Below are positions 1 through 12,559 of a stretch of DNA of 61,359 bases, one piece after another. The first letter of the stretch is position 1; each line of letters starts with the position of its first letter. Under the pieces are notes generated by a model. That model did not search any database. It had not been told where the DNA came from and was given only the letters and a program-made list of their open reading frames with translations. The DNA lies in NCBI GenBank assembly GCA_002633005.1, contig NMRA01001062.1:1-61359 (forward strand), in the 5' to 3' direction. Origin of the DNA: Phoronis australis (taxonomy: Eukaryota > Animalia > Phoronida). A program made the translations under genes and the position numbers.

Positions 1-3000
1 TGAGCACCTGAGCCATTCCAAAAGCTGTAATGTTTATAATAAGTGAATGGTAATTGTCTTTATAGTCGTTTGCATGATGAGAGTTTAATCACTATTTTAA
101 GTGCTTTTAATCTTTATTTTAAAGCATGGATAAATGTACTTAATGATCCTATAAAGGCACCAAATGACCTGAAATTTGGGATTGAAACTTATTTCCGTCT
201 CCGTGTGCTGTTCACATGTGTAATGAAGCCTCTAACTCAAAATTCATATTTGTGCTCACTGACATTTGACCTACAAAATCTGATTGGACGACAGGATAGC
301 TTAGAAATGTAATGCCTTTAATGGGCATGTTAGCTTACTCGTGTGCACCGAATTTAAAAAAGAATGTACCTTTAAAATTGTAGGAGAAATAACATTTAAA
401 AAATTACTTGACCTTTGTACCAACTGACCTCTTTTTGTAAATTTTAGAAAATAAAAGTAAAATATTTCAAATTTTATCTCATGGGTGGCACAGCACTGAA
501 ATAAGTGGGGGCTGTAGCCCCCGCCACCCATGTATCTAACTGACAAATGACTTGCGTGAAATTCTAGACTGATCTCCCGTCCTTTAGGTCTAACAAAGTC
601 GGAATTACAGAAGACAAATACACAAAATGTCTTTTTAAGCAAACCTAATGACAAATTCAAACTGCTTTACTAATTGATGTACTAATTACTAGTACCTCTC
701 TAGCTCAAAATTCATGTTTGGAATCAATGACCTTTGACCCATAAAATCTGATAGGATGAGTCGATCGCTTACAAAAGTAATGCCTTTAATTGGCATGTTG
801 GCTTACATATCGCACTGAAGATGATGAGTATACTATTAAGATCGCAGGAAAAATAATGTTCTTATAATTAGGTGACGTTTGCACCAACTGACCTTTTCTA
901 GTGCATTTGGAATATAATTTCTAAGTATTTGATCGAGCTGGCCTACTGAGGCGTCCCTCTATTCACAAAAGGTAGCTATAGCAACATGACTGATGGTTTA
1001 ATCCTTGTGAGGCATAATTCGCTGAAAAGCTTAAGGCGTATAGAGGCCCTAGGCGATGACCACCATCTCTGACTAGGGTCAGTTGAGACCACAGGCACTC
1101 GATGTTATACAACACACATAATAAAGAAATTATAGAATTGTATCAAGCAGCTATCAAGATAGACATTGTCACCGTCTCAGGTAGCAGTAGAGATGGTGGC
1201 CTACCTATAGGCCCTTCATATGACTGAAGCTTTTTGGAAAATTATGCCTCAGTCATGTTAAAAGTACCTTTTGCACATAGGACACCGCCAATGTCTTTCC
1301 TCTAAACTAGGAAAAATAATCTCGTAAATATTTTTTTCAGTAGTCCTCTGTTCAGTAGTCAAAATCGGCAACTAGCCATTTCAACACTGCTCGTGCTTGA
1401 GGATATGACATCTCCTGGAGTGAGCAGTGTAAACACAGTTCTCAATTTGGGCAACTGGTCGAAGGATTGCTCGTGTTATTACGCAGATTTCAGAAGTATT
1501 TGTTCGAGCTGGAATATATTAAAGACACTGTCTCCTAAGGTGTCCCTCTATGCGCAAAAGGTGACTTTGATGATTTAATCCATTATCAGTGTGAGGCATA
1601 ATTCGCCAAAAAGCTTCCAGAGTATGAAGGACCTGGCCGGCCACTGTCTACTGAGTACTGTCACAAGTGCCTGCCCTGGGAGCCTCTGGTATATATACCA
1701 CAACACTCAACAGGTGTTTTTGGCACCTTATCAGCCTCAATGCCCGGCAATGCATGGTATTAAATATACAGTGTACAGTTGTGGACGCCAGTGTACCGCC
1801 TCTACTACACAGAGCCACAGCCAGAAACGGCCCACGTCAGACGTCATCAAGGACAAGGTGCTGTCGTAAATTAGAATGATGATCGGCACTAGTCGGATGT
1901 AGCGGTCCCACTTTAAACCACCATAACTTCTTTACTTTTTAGTCTAGAATCATGATTTTAGTATCCACGTGTTCACTAGGCGTATAGAAGTTCATCTGTG
2001 GCGTTGATTTTCCCATACCTTCATCCCATGTTTAAGTAATTGACTTTGAAGTTCGAGTTCTTTTTCCGACTTTGTCCCCGATGCAAGTAAAGCTGTTTCG
2101 TTTTGAATTTTTGATACACATTCCTTCAAATATCAGTATCGAAGGATCATTCCAGTTATAAAGTAGTTCATACATTCCAATACGGGCCGTGCCCGTATTG
2201 GAATATTCCAATACGGGCCAGATTCCAATACGGGCCGGAACATCTCCGTTAGACCCAGAACTTTCACACAGCCCGGGTAGTTCATTTCGTCCCCCAACAT
2301 GTACATCGAGCCTTGGACTATTAATACTCCACGGCAATCAAATAACCTTACCAGTTCCACCTGCAAGAGGCTTTTAAAATCACCCGATGCTTTACCGCCA
2401 GACTTGCAGAAATAAAAATGACCACGTTCGTGAACACTCGACTACATCCGTTGACTTGCGCGCGCATAGTGTTGATTTTTAACACTTCCTAGAGAGAACT
2501 TCCTGATTCACAGGCGCTCGAATTTACCAATGACTCATAACCATATAATAAGAAACGTAAAGGTTGGACACGAAAACTTTGCCGAGCCGAGCAGTGAGTG
2601 ACGTCATTTGCGATCGAGGAACAGATGAACTCAAGCGCCTGTGTCTTGGTTGACGACTTTCGCAACAACGACTCGCATAAGGACATAAGTAACGCGTTTT
2701 ATTAGGTTGCGAGTTGCGCTAGTGGGGATCGAGGAACAGATCAACTCAGTGACTGGAGTGACTTGAGCAGGTTAGTTACAAATGTTACCTTATGTAGGTC
2801 TATCGGCAACATGTAGCCCTCGGTTGGCCTGCGGCGGCGATGTAAAATTGCGCGTTTGCGAAACTTGTCCCATTTTCTCGGACTTTTTGTCTCTCGGACC
2901 TTTTTGCTCATTTCATTTGCCAATTGGGGGGGCTCGTTCGAGCGTGGATGGCTATACCAGGAGTATAGGAGTATAGCTCATTGCCTAGCCTCAACTAAAG

Positions 3001-3544
3001 CTACAGACAGCCAGACACTTTTCTCAGTGGCTGCTGTACGTAGCCAGACCCCTTGACGAATAGTTTTAGCAGTTAAAAAAATTTAATTCGTTATCACGAC
3101 CGTTTTGGACCGCAAGTTCTAGGGACGAAAAAAAGTAATACTTGTTTGGCAGTTCTAGAACGTCGCAAGGAATGGAACACAATACGTTGTATCTAAATTA
3201 AGGGGTGGGAGTCTTCTGTGTTAGGTTGCATGAAACAGTCCCAAGAAATAGGGACTCGACTAAATTCCTTAACCCAGTGCGTATTTGTGGGCCTGTGAAA
3301 ACACCGATTGTCCTGCCTTACGCTGTTTGAGTCTCATTACTTGTTAGAGTATGATCTCATATCGGAGTGAGTGCATGTGTAGGAGTAGTTCACAGAATTA
3401 AGTGTTACGTAATTGTTCAGTATATCCTAGCTGTTATGATTCATGTATGTCACTATATTTATAAGTGTATGATCGCATGGATTGTAACAGACTCAGTAGT
3501 ATCAGTAGAAGAGTATGTAATAAAACTATTATCCTCCTTCAGAC

Positions 3545-4688
3545 TAGGCAATGACCATCGCCTCTGTTGGCCCGAAGCAGAGGCGATGTAGAGGCTATAG
3601 GCCCTCTGTACGCCGGAAGCTTTTCGGCGAATTATGCCTCGCACCGACTAAACCATCAAAGTCACGTTGTTATAAATACCTTTTGCGCATAGAGGAACAC
3701 CTTAGGAGGTTGTCGATGTGTTTAAGTTCTTCCAACNNNNNNNNNNNNNNNNNNNNNNNNNNNNNNNNNNNNNNNNNNNNNNNNNNNNNNNNNNNNNNNN
3801 NNNNNNNNNNNNNNNNNNNNNNNNNNNNNNNNNNNNNNNNNNNNNNNNNNNNNNNNNNNNNNNNNNNNNNNNNNNNNNNNNNNNNNNNNNNNNNNNNNNN
3901 NNNNNNNNNNNNNNNNNNNNNNNNNNNNNNNNNNNNNNNNNNNNNNNNNNNNNNNNNNNNNNNNNNNNNNNNNNNNNNNNNNNNNNNNNNNNNNNNNNNN
4001 NNNNNNNNNNNNNNNNNNNNNNNNNNNNNNNNNNNNNNNNNNNNNNNNNNNNNNNNNNNNNNNNNNNNNNNNNNNNNNNNNNNNNNNNNNNNNNNNNNNN
4101 NNNNNNNNNNNNNNNNNNNNNNNNNNNNNNNNNNNNNNNNNNNNNNNNNNNNNNNNNNNNNNNNNNNNNNNNNNNNNNNNNNNNNNNNNNNNNNNNNNNN
4201 NNNNNNNNNNNNNNNNNNNNNNNNNNNNNNNNNNNNNNNNNNNNNNNNNNNNNNNNNNNNNNNNNNNNNNNNNNNNNNNNNNNNNNNNNNNNNNNNNNNN
4301 NNNNNNNNNNNNNNNNNNNNNNNNNNNNNNNNNNNNNNNNNNNNNNNNNNNNNNNNNNNNNNNNNNNNNNNNNNNNNNNNNNNNNNNNNNNNNNNNNNNN
4401 NNNNNNNNNNNNNNNNNNNNNNNNNNNTTCACGATTTTGGGAACTGAAATAGGGACTGCTCGAAGAAAAAGTTTCATAACGGGAGTATTTGTTCGAGTTG
4501 GAAGGACTTAAACACATCGACAACCTCCTAAGGTGTTCCTCTATGCGCAAAAGGTATTTATAACAACGTGACTTTGATGGTTTAGTCGGTGCGAGGCATA
4601 ATTCGCCGAAAGGCTTCCGGCGTACAGAGCGCCTATAGCCTCTACATCGCCTCTGCTTCGGGCCAACAGAGGCGATGGTCATTGCCTA
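3545..4688. mobile_element. Non-autonomous DNA transposon, MULE/Mutator-like, with long TIRs and a 9-bp TSD; interior mostly an N gap
   Basis: 3545-3736 is the near-perfect reverse complement of ~4497-4688 (TAGGCAATGACCATC...GATGGTCATTGCCTA). CCTTCAGAC flanks both ends (3536-3544 and 4689-4697). Degenerate copies of the TIR occur at ~950-1290, ~1535-1640, ~24850-25010 and ~26260-26415. Confidence 0.85.
3737..4427. other. Assembly gap
   Basis: Run of N. Confidence 1.
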
Positions 4689-5321
4689 CCTTCAGACTAG
4701 TATAATCCTTGGGCCGCGTTCTCGCACTGTGTCGCGCATTCAACGTTCATAACCGAACAGAATGCCTTTCACTGCTAGCACATCAACATTACTAAATCAA
4801 TTTTGGCTTTGATAACAATCAGGAGTGAATTCTCGTTGAATTCATTATTGAAAACAAGTAGGAATGTTTTCATGCAACGCCCCTAATTTAAGGTTTTAGC
4901 CCCTCATTGTTTTAACTGAATTAGGGGCCTCATTTTTTGTTAAGATGATTACAAAATGCCATTAGTCAAAGAAGGGCTCAGAATAATGATAACGTTATAG
5001 AAAATTTTTAAATCTGTGCTTAAAGAATGAAACAAATACGAAAAAGATTTTGTGAACTTGGTTGAGTCCCATTTGGGTCTGTTTCATGCAACTGGGCACT
5101 GGTCCCTCCAAACTTGCTTATGATCGGAAGAGTTATGGTATAGGACAAGGGCAAACCATGCGAATCATATTTTTAGTTCGACCTAACTGTTCAATCCACG
5201 AATCGGTATACATTTCAATTAAGTTTCAATATTGCTGAGTGATTACTTCATCGTAACTCGCACTTCTATTTCAATTATGTTTCAGTTTAGATATACCCTC
5301 ACATCCATACACTGAGACTGA

Positions 5322-5951
5322 ATGGCCGTCACGGGTTTCATAGTAGTGTTGGTTTCCATTGCATGTTTGTCGACTACGCTGCATGGATGCTCTGTTGCCA
5401 ACTGGGTGAAGCGCAGCATGCAATGGCGTCTTTATCATTCTGAGATCGTGGTTTACGGGAAAGATATCGGTAGAGTCCAGGTTGGGGACGAGAAGCTTGG
5501 AATGAACAGGACTGACATGCTCTTTCGTGTCTATTGCGTTATCAAAGGGGACGCTAACAAGATATCTGAAACAATCACCGTTGAGGGTGTTCACCCCAGG
5601 CTTACGTGTCTTGGTGCGGACGAGGGCCCCGGTAAAGGCCCCGATGTACATCCAAATGAAACAGCCGTAGTTGCATTGAAAAGGCTGGAAAGTGGGAATT
5701 ATTATTATGACATTGTCAACGCTATTCAGAGGGTAGCCTTCCAGCCAAGCAATGACACCTTTAAGAAAGCGTACGAAGTGTGCGGACTTCAGAACCCAAT
5801 GCCACCACACAATCGCTTGCCTAATGCTACTTACCCGACATGCCCTAACATGACAATACCTTCGCAGTGCACAAATGGCTCCTTGAAACCAACCTGTACA
5901 CATTTTCTGCTCCTGCTTCTTGCTTGCATGTTTAAGGTCATAAATGCTTGA
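5322..5951 (+). CDS. Secreted, probably GPI-anchored Cys-containing protein with TIMP/NTR (agrin NtA/CCDC3-like) fold, paralog 1
   Basis: 209-aa ORF with signal peptide, mature start at Cys (CSVANW), EIVVYGK and FRVYCVIKG strands, several N-x-T sites and a hydrophobic C-terminal tail. A splice acceptor (tttcag, ~5285) lies just upstream. The fold call is by motif resemblance only. Confidence 0.75.
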   Translation: MAVTGFIVVLVSIACLSTTLHGCSVANWVKRSMQWRLYHSEIVVYGKDIGRVQVGDEKLGMNRTDMLFRVYCVIKGDANKISETITVEGVHPRLTCLGADEGPGKGPDVHPNETAVVALKRLESGNYYYDIVNAIQRVAFQPSNDTFKKAYEVCGLQNPMPPHNRLPNATYPTCPNMTIPSQCTNGSLKPTCTHFLLLLLACMFKVINA

Positions 5952-5964
5952 CAATGAAGAAAGC

Positions 5965-8900
5965 GGAATAAATTCCGCATGATAGGGGAAAAAGAAAATC
6001 GCCCGTCGAGACAAAAATGGGATTTAACAAATTGTTATGAAATGTGAGCCATATACGGACATGGACCAAAAGGACATCCCGGATATCAGAGCAGCACCTT
6101 GTAGTCCTACGTCTATATCTGAATCGAAGATGATGACTAAAACCGAAGATAGAAGACAGAGAAAAATTACAGGTGGAAGATAGCGGGAAAAATGAAAAAA
6201 AAACAAGAAAATTTGACACTGACAGCGAACGGGGTGACCGCGCAGTGGAAGAACGTAAACTGCTCGAGCGAAAGTAATCTGGCCACGTGACCTCAACTGA
6301 CAATAACATGACGACTATGTGGTCAATATTTATTCGTGAAGAAGACTTTTGAGCGAGTTTGCAAATATGTAGGGGTCAAGTTTTAAAATTAATAATTCTT
6401 TTAGCTCTACGTTGGTCGGCGTGCCTTTAGTGTCCGCTGCAACCTTTTTAAAATTTTAATAATTAACCCAATGCAGCCGATACTTGTTCTCCTGAAACAA
6501 TGTTCACTTACTCTACTGCTATTCATGTCCGTCTCTTTTTTCAGTCAGTTGGCCTGATGGAATTGACGAGGATGGGGCTGACATTGTTGATTTTCGTCCT
6601 CTGTTTGTCGACTGTGGTGGATGGATGCAAAGTGGCCAACTGGGTTAAACGTAGCATGGAATGGCGTCTTTATCGTTCTGAGATTGTGGTTTACGGGAAA
6701 GATATCGGTAGAGTCCAGGTTGGGGACGAAAAGCTTGGAATGAACAGGACTGACATGCTCTTTCGTGTCTATTGCGTTATCAAAGGGGACGCTAACAAGA
6801 TATCTGAAACAATCACCGTTGAGGGTGTTCACCCCAGGCTTACGTGTCTTGGTGCGGACGAGGGCCCCGGTAAAGGCCCCGATGTACATCCAAATGAAAC
6901 AGCCGTAGTTGCATTGAAAAGGCTGGAAAGTGGGAATTATTATTATGACATCGTCAACGCTATTCAGAGGGTAGCCTTCCAGCCAAGCAATGACACCTTT
7001 AAGAAAGCGTACGAAGTGTGCGGTCTTCAGAACCCAATGCCACCACACAATCGCTTGCCTAATGCTACTTACCCGACCTGCCCTAACATGACAATACCTT
7101 CGCAGTGCACAAATGGCTCCTTGAAACCAACCTGTACACATTTTCTGCTCCTGCTTCTTGCTTGCATGTTTAAGGTCATAAATGCTTGACAAAGAGAGCG
7201 GAATAAATTGTTCGTAGGGCCGACACCAACAACTCACAATACCTTTGGTAAAGGTCAGGATGCACCAAGTCTCGAACTGCATGACTAGCGCTATACTGGA
7301 CCGTAATGATTTCTGTGTTACACTGAATGTTATCGGTGACTTCTTCTTCTTCATGGACGTGAATTGCAACGATGAATTACACAATGTCGAATTACCTGAT
7401 TGTCTACTATATTTTGTTGAAACGCTTATAGGCCTACTTGTTGCTCCGAATACGGCTATTTTTAAGCTACGATTGGAAAAGTGACAAATTTTATCTCAAC
7501 TGCGTTACATTTACAATGAAGGTTGGTGTTGTGCAAGTTTAAAGTTATTCTTGTTTTATCTATATGAATTTTTTCAAGGCGCGTTTGCAAGTGATATTAA
7601 ATTGATACTGCCGTATGTTTTGCCTTGATCCCTGTACACCACGTATTTAGGATGTAGCAGTGTATTGGGGCTTGTCACATCTATTATCGAATATCTAATA
7701 AGCTACTGTACTCGTAAGACCATCACCTCCGCTAATAGAAGTTCCCAGTCAATTTATTATTAATTAAATTTGGCGTTTTTCGCGATGCCCAGCTTGCAGA
7801 TTCTTGTCGTTATTGCCTATTTTACCTACGTCACAATAAATGGCATTATTCGACAGCCCTCATTTTGGTTTACTTTGCAATATAGCTCATAGCTGACCAG
7901 AACAGATTACGATAAACGACGTGACATGTAATTGTGAGTTGTGAAAAATACACTTTCCACACTTAGGTGGCGCACCCAGTCGTAAGGACTCGTACATTCC
8001 CTGCAGGTAGATTTGTCTCAAAACTAAACCGCAAAAACAACAATACTTTACACTTAAATAAACGCGAGCTCGTGCACATTTTCGGCGTTGTCACGGTGTA
8101 TGTCCAATTCCCCTAGTTTCTTGAGCATTATATTAGGCATCAGTCAAAATCGCTGAAAATATTGATGATGATTCACGTGCGGCTACAAACCCGCATTCAA
8201 AAATCAACTTTAGATTTAGACCACTTCATTCCTTCGTGAAGTTAAGGTGATATCCAGGCTTCGAAATAACTGACGGTTGACTTGGTTATTACTTGAAATC
8301 ATTGGCTGTACAACTGAGCCTGTCGCGACATGTCATTTTATGGGAAGGGCAAAGTCTCGACGAATAACGTACTGCCAGTTCTTTACGGAGTCTGCAGAAA
8401 TTACTTCGCATCTGCAGTAAGGAACAAGCCGAGACCAATTTGATAGCGACAAGAGGTCGACATTTAAAAAAATTCGCGTTTGGGACGAAACGCGGTTCTC
8501 ACAACGACAGCAATTGAAACGGCATTTAACCGCACTACAAGCGAGTTCTTGTGTTGTTTCTTACTCAACTTATAGGTGATGTGCGGGCTCGGGGTAAACT
8601 GACAGCTCGTTATTACTTCAAACCAAGCTCATGACATTTGTGGAGTGAGCTGGAATTTTTATGAGCTTCGCTTCAGCGGGAAATAACAAACTTCTATTTG
8701 TCGCTTAACATGCAAAACATTCATCATCTTAGGAAAATTTTAAGACCACTTTTATAAGGGTCAGTGGCTCAAATCGAAACTGTTTACTGTGTGGCAAAGC
8801 ACGGGGTTGATTCCGTTTTAACACAGATTCATTCTGTAGCTGGTTTCCCTGTCGATATCCTGATTTACTGCGTGAATTACAGTTTTGATGACGCTGGGAG

Positions 8901-10200
8901 AAGACTGCCAGCAAGTTAGCAAAAATGCGAGGTTTATGCGACTTATTTTGTCGAAAGAAGACAACTAAATATTAAATAAACTCCGCTTGATAGGGGAAAA
9001 AGAAAATCGCCCGTCGAGACAAAAATGGGATTTAACAAATTGTTATGAAATGTGAGCCATATACGGACATGGTCCAAAAGGACATCCCGGATATCAGAGC
9101 AGCACCTTGTAGTCCTACGTCTATAGCTAAATCGAAGATGATGACTAAAACCGAAGATAGAAGACAGAGAAAAATTACAGGTGGAAGATAGCGGGGAAAA
9201 TGAAAAAAAAACAAGAAAACTTGACACTGACAGCGAACGGGGTGACCGCGCAGTGGAAGAACGTAAACTGCACGAGCGAAAGTAATCTGGCCACGTGACC
9301 TCAACTGACAATAACATGACGACTATGTGGTCAATATTTATTCGTGAAGAAGACTTTTGAGCGAGTTTGCAAATATGTAGGGGTCAAGTTTTAAAATTAA
9401 TAATTCTTTTAGCTCTACGTTGGTCGGCGTGCCTTTAGNGCAAAGCACGGGGTTGATTCCGTTTTAACACAGATTCATTCTGTAGCTGGTTTCCCTGTCG
9501 ATATCCTGATTTACTGCGTGAATTACAGTTTTGATGACGCTGGGAGAAGACTGCCAGCAAGTTAGCAAAAATGCGAGGTTTATGCGACTTATTTTGTCGA
9601 AAGAAGACAACTAAATATTAAATAAACTCTGCATGATAGGGGAAAAAGAAAATCGCCCGTCGAGACAAAAATGGGATTTAACAAATTGTTATGAAATGTG
9701 AGCCATATACGGACATGGTCCAAAAGGACATCCCGGATATCAGAGCAGCACCTTGTAGTCCTACGTCTATATCTGAATCGAAGATGATGACTAAAACCGA
9801 AGATAGAAGACAGAGAAAAATTACAGGTGGAAGATAGCGGGAAAAATGAAAAAAAACAAGAAAACTTGACACTGACAGCGAACGGGGTGACCGCGCAGTG
9901 GAAGAACGTAAACTGCACGAGCGAAAGTAATCTGGCCACGTGACCTCAACTGACAATAACATGACGACTATGTGGTCAATATTTATTCGTGGAGAAGACT
10001 TTTGAGCGAGTTTGCAAATATGTAGGGGTCAAGTTTTAAAATTAATAATTCTTTTAGCTCTACGTTGGTCGGCGTGCCTTTAGAGTCTGCTGTACCCTTT
10101 TTAAATTTTTGATAATTAACCCAATGTAGCCGATACTTGTTCTCCTGAAACAATGTCCACTTACTCTACCGCTATTCATGTCCGTCTCTCTTTTTTCAGT
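5965..10200 (+). repeat. Upstream block present three times (~5965-6545, ~8975-9438, ~9620-10200)
   Basis: Near-identical GATAGGGGAAAAAGAAAATCGCCCGTCGAGAC... segments. 8797-9438 and 9440-10083 flank a single N at 9439. Confidence 0.85.
6557..7189 (+). CDS. Secreted/GPI TIMP/NTR-like protein, paralog 2 (chimera of paralog 3 5' end and paralog 1 3' end)
   Basis: ATG at 6557 follows the acceptor ttttttcag (6544). The N-terminus MELTRMG...RSE is identical to paralog 3 and the remainder of the protein is identical to paralog 1. Confidence 0.75.
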   Translation: MELTRMGLTLLIFVLCLSTVVDGCKVANWVKRSMEWRLYRSEIVVYGKDIGRVQVGDEKLGMNRTDMLFRVYCVIKGDANKISETITVEGVHPRLTCLGADEGPGKGPDVHPNETAVVALKRLESGNYYYDIVNAIQRVAFQPSNDTFKKAYEVCGLQNPMPPHNRLPNATYPTCPNMTIPSQCTNGSLKPTCTHFLLLLLACMFKVINA

Positions 10201-10211
10201 CAATTGGCCAG

Positions 10212-10862
10212 ATGGAATTGACGAGGATGGGGCTGACATTGTTGATTTTCGTCCTCTGTTTGTCGACTGTGGTGGATGGATGTAAAGTGGCCAACTGGGT
10301 TAAACGTAGCATGGAATGGCGGCTTTATCGCTCAGAGATTGTTGTTTATGGTAAAGATATTGGTAGAATTCAAGGTTGGGACGAAGAGTTCAAAGTAAAC
10401 AAGACGGATATGCTTTTCCGCGTGTATTGCGTTCTGAAAGGGAACGCCAGCGAGATTTCCGACACAATCACTGTTGATAATGTTGTCCCCAGGTTTTCGT
10501 GCCTTGGCATGGATATGGGTCCCGGCAAAGGCCCCGACGTACATCCAAATGAAACGGCCATGGTTGCTTTGAAGCGCCTGAAAAATGGGAACTATTTTTA
10601 TGACTTAGTAAATCCTTCTCAGCGGGTAGCCTTCGAGCCCACTGACGACACCTTTAGGAAGGCGTACGAAGTGTGCGGCCTTCAGAAACCGATGTTACCG
10701 TGGGACCGCATGTTAAATGCAACGTATCCGGGATGTCCGAATGTAACTATACCACCAGGGCCATGCACGACAGGCGAAACAAACGGATCACTAGAAACTA
10801 GTAACCCAGATGTCTTGTTGTCACTTTTGATCGCTTTCATTTTTAAATTGATGACAGGGTAG
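10212..10862 (+). CDS. Secreted/GPI TIMP/NTR-like protein, paralog 3
   Basis: 216-aa ORF with the same Cys pattern and the GPGKGPDVHPNETA and AYEVCGLQ motifs as paralogs 1 and 2. Acceptor at ~10199; hydrophobic C-terminus. Confidence 0.78.
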   Translation: MELTRMGLTLLIFVLCLSTVVDGCKVANWVKRSMEWRLYRSEIVVYGKDIGRIQGWDEEFKVNKTDMLFRVYCVLKGNASEISDTITVDNVVPRFSCLGMDMGPGKGPDVHPNETAMVALKRLKNGNYFYDLVNPSQRVAFEPTDDTFRKAYEVCGLQKPMLPWDRMLNATYPGCPNVTIPPGPCTTGETNGSLETSNPDVLLSLLIAFIFKLMTG

Positions 10863-11125
10863 ACCTAAGCGTGCTACCGGCGTTTTCGTTTAGACTGGCA
10901 ATCTTGTAAACTTAAACAGTACTGGGATTAGTAACGCCAGTTCACGGATGATGTCCCGACGATGTCTTTGGCTGCTTGGTTGCCTGTTTTGGACGCGTTC
11001 TATAGTCGTATTTGTTTGTGTTCTCCTTAATCAAGACATTACATTCGGCACAGTAATTATACTCTTCGCAGTTCACGCTGGACACAAAAAACTATTCAGG
11101 GATTGACAAAAATCTTGTATATAAC

Positions 11126-11195
11126 ATGGGCGGCGCAGCACTGAAAAAAGTGGGGGGCTAAAGCCCCCTCAGCCCCCCTGTGGTGCACCGCCTAT
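11126..11195. mobile_element. Small MITE-like element (related copy at ~480-531)
   Basis: Ends CATGGGCGGCGCAGCAC...GTGGTGCACCGCCTATAG are imperfect inverted repeats around a GGGGGCTAAAGCCCCC hairpin. Confidence 0.5.
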
Positions 11196-12559
11196 AGACC
11201 ATGTGCGGCGTAGCACTAAAAAAATGGGGGCTATAGCGCCCCCTGGGCCTCCTATGGTATAACAAACTCAGTTATGTAATAATTGTAAGACAGATCAACG
11301 AAATGTCTTTAGCTAAGTGTGCACGTACTGTGAGCATTGATGTCTTGGTTTCCAATGAAATGAGTTCGCATTGACTGTCGGAGAAGGTGATGTTCAGTCC
11401 TTGAGTCACACTGTCTCCACATAAATATGTTCTCACCGTTCATGTTCATTAACCTATGAAGCAAGAAACATATGGGCATTCTCATAGACCACTCGTCAAA
11501 TGAGCACACTCATAGACCACTCGCCTGAAATTTCTCACTTAGTCCATAGAAGTGTTCTACGGTGAATGCACTGACAATAGTTTGTGTTAAGCCTTGTAAA
11601 TTTGCTATTCCAAATAGTCAGAAAAACGGCTGTTAGAAATTCTTTACCGGCGTCAGGTTTTCAAGCGATGTACCCCACGAATCAAGTGAAACTTACATCG
11701 ATTACCGTGTTGAAGAGTTGGCATGGTGATACAACTTGCACGGAGTTTTGTCCTCTGCAAGTCCGTGACGCACATCTGACAATGGGTTCCGTCATACATT
11801 CAGGTTGGCAACCACAGCAAGGTAATATTTTCTTTCGTTTGCAACAAAGCGAACCATGACGAAAAAATATTTGAACAAACGCGCCGCCTGGCACCCTTCC
11901 GCAAGCTTCAAATTAGTGCAATTGACCATGAGGTTCGTTTCTAATGCATGGGATATCTCACGAAGACTTGCAAGATATTAACCTAAAGGAACGCATACCT
12001 AACTTCCTACTTACGTTTTCGTATTCTGTTTTTGAAGCTAACATAAGTACGTTGCACCGCCTAAATCAGGGTTTGAGTATTTTTCGAACCAACGTTCATG
12101 TTCCATACATGGAGATGTGGGTCCTTATTGTTCTAAATGGCATTCCTGAGGGACAATGAAAATCCATTCACTCTTAATTGGCGTCATGTGTTTTAAAATT
12201 ACAAGTTAGAACAGAATGGCATGACAGGGGCCAGCTTTGAAATATTGCTGTGACAAAAATAATCAGTATGTAAATATACGTGTGTTTTTGACCCATTTGA
12301 TCTGGAATCGACAACACTAAAAGAAAAAGCCAGTCTGCAAAGATGATGGCTTTTTCCAATCACACAAACTTGTAAGAAAAGTATCGAAGTTTTGGATATG
12401 CTTCAGAAACGAATCGAAACACACGGACATCTGTCCCGTTACTTGATTTTCACCATTCTTCCCTAAATCCGACATACGCTTACCGCATCTCCGTTATTTT
12501 CAGCACCTTTCGACAATCTCATCTAATGAGAGATTATACTGCTCTTCACAATCTTTCAA

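Noticed and set aside
3551-4682. Long ORFs spanning the gap
   Set aside because: Artefacts of N translation over transposon TIRs.
5271-7384. Long antisense ORFs (247 and 279 aa)
   Set aside because: Shadows of the sense-strand paralog CDSs; not conserved as a long ORF opposite paralog 3.
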